A DNA stretch of 64,000 nt, from positions 32,001-96,000 of the forward strand of contig JAOPTT010000010.1 in assembly GCA_051531975.1 (NCBI GenBank), in the 5' to 3' direction. The notes under the pieces were generated by a model. The model was not told the DNA's origin and searched no databases. It saw nothing but the letters and a program-made list of their open reading frames with translations. Shown here piece by piece: positions 63,358 through 64,000 of the stretch. How positions within the stretch are numbered: position 1 is the stretch's first letter; each line of letters begins with the position of its first letter. The position numbers and the translations under genes were made by a program. Source of the stretch: Spirochaetaceae bacterium (lineage in GTDB: Bacteria > Spirochaetota > Spirochaetia > DSM-2461).

Positions 63358-64000
63358 AAAAGAGCAGATGGAAAAAATTTTTAAATTACTTAACGATTCA
63401 TGGACCGGAGCTGCATTATCAGCAGGTATGTCAGCCGGTATATTTAACACAATTCAAAGTCGAAACAAGTGGACCCAGAAGGAACTTGCCCAAGAGCTGG
63501 ATTTTGATCAAAATAAACTTGATATGTGGCTCTATTTTGCAGAGCATATGCAGTGGGTAACAAAAGTTGATAATAATTACAGTCTAACAGATTATGGAAT
63601 GAATTTTACTAAAGATGCTGGGTCTCCTGATATAAAGGGATTACTTCAGCTTTCTCAATATTATTTAAATGCAGCATCCCATGCTGATGAAACATTTAAA
63701 CCCCATAAAAGTCTTGATAAATTAAGTGATGGTAAAATAAGCAGAGAATATCAGCCTAGGGTTTCTGATAATTTTTCGATTGCCCTTAAGGATCTTTTTA
63801 TTAAACATGATTTTAAACCAAACGAAACACTTCTTGATGTTGGTTGTGGTAACGGTAGTTTCTTAAGAAATATTGGTCCACATATGGTAGATATAAAACT
63901 GGTAGGTGTGGATACAAACTTATTTGCCATTGAAAAGGGTAAACAAATTAACAAACAGGAAAAACCTATTAATCCTATAAAATTATTGGCTGGAGATATA
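63350..64000 (+). CDS. Class I SAM methyltransferase with N-terminal winged-helix-like region, truncated by window edge
   Basis: Absent from ORF track. ATG 63350, MDKKEQMEKIF..., open to window end; LLDVGCGNG and VGVD. Confidence 0.8.
   Translation, partial: MDKKEQMEKIFKLLNDSWTGAALSAGMSAGIFNTIQSRNKWTQKELAQELDFDQNKLDMWLYFAEHMQWVTKVDNNYSLTDYGMNFTKDAGSPDIKGLLQLSQYYLNAASHADETFKPHKSLDKLSDGKISREYQPRVSDNFSIALKDLFIKHDFKPNETLLDVGCGNGSFLRNIGPHMVDIKLVGVDTNLFAIEKGKQINKQEKPINPIKLLAGDI

Noticed and set aside
314..63954. Short antisense or nested ORFs in the track (e.g. 314-544, 14319-14858, 30371-30811, 50763-51275, 63751-63954)
   Set aside because: Shadows of well-supported genes on the opposite strand or another frame
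1..64000. CRISPR array, tRNA, rRNA, prophage, integrase
   Set aside because: No repeat-spacer periodicity, cloverleaf or hallmark genes noticed by eye

Overview
AT-rich bacterial chromosomal segment. The lipoprotein signals (LLFSC, LLISC), anaerobic energy metabolism and many Cache/MCP sensors suggest a free-living anaerobic spirochete (inference). About 50 CDS; no rRNA, tRNA, CRISPR array or intact mobile element recognised. Main contents: a partial GH94 phosphorylase; redox, metal and envelope-stress genes (msrBA, HCF101-like ApbC, mntP, metal ABC, tpx, sigma54-driven pspA-pspC); several sensor kinases and chemoreceptors; a 13-gene Mrp-Mbx complex-I-like operon ending in an MbxN-GltD fusion plus nfnA-nfnB; tyrS; an accessory block (cheD, CLec/DUF1566-like lipoprotein, SBP plus double-kinase hybrid, WD40-caspase lipoprotein); and lipid enzymes. 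The most notable signal missed by the ORF track is a 27-aa leader peptide with five consecutive Tyr codons upstream of tyrS, set in a protector/antiterminator/terminator fold, i.e. a ribosome-mediated attenuator. All calls come from motif recognition and hand-pairing; no searches or folding programs were run.
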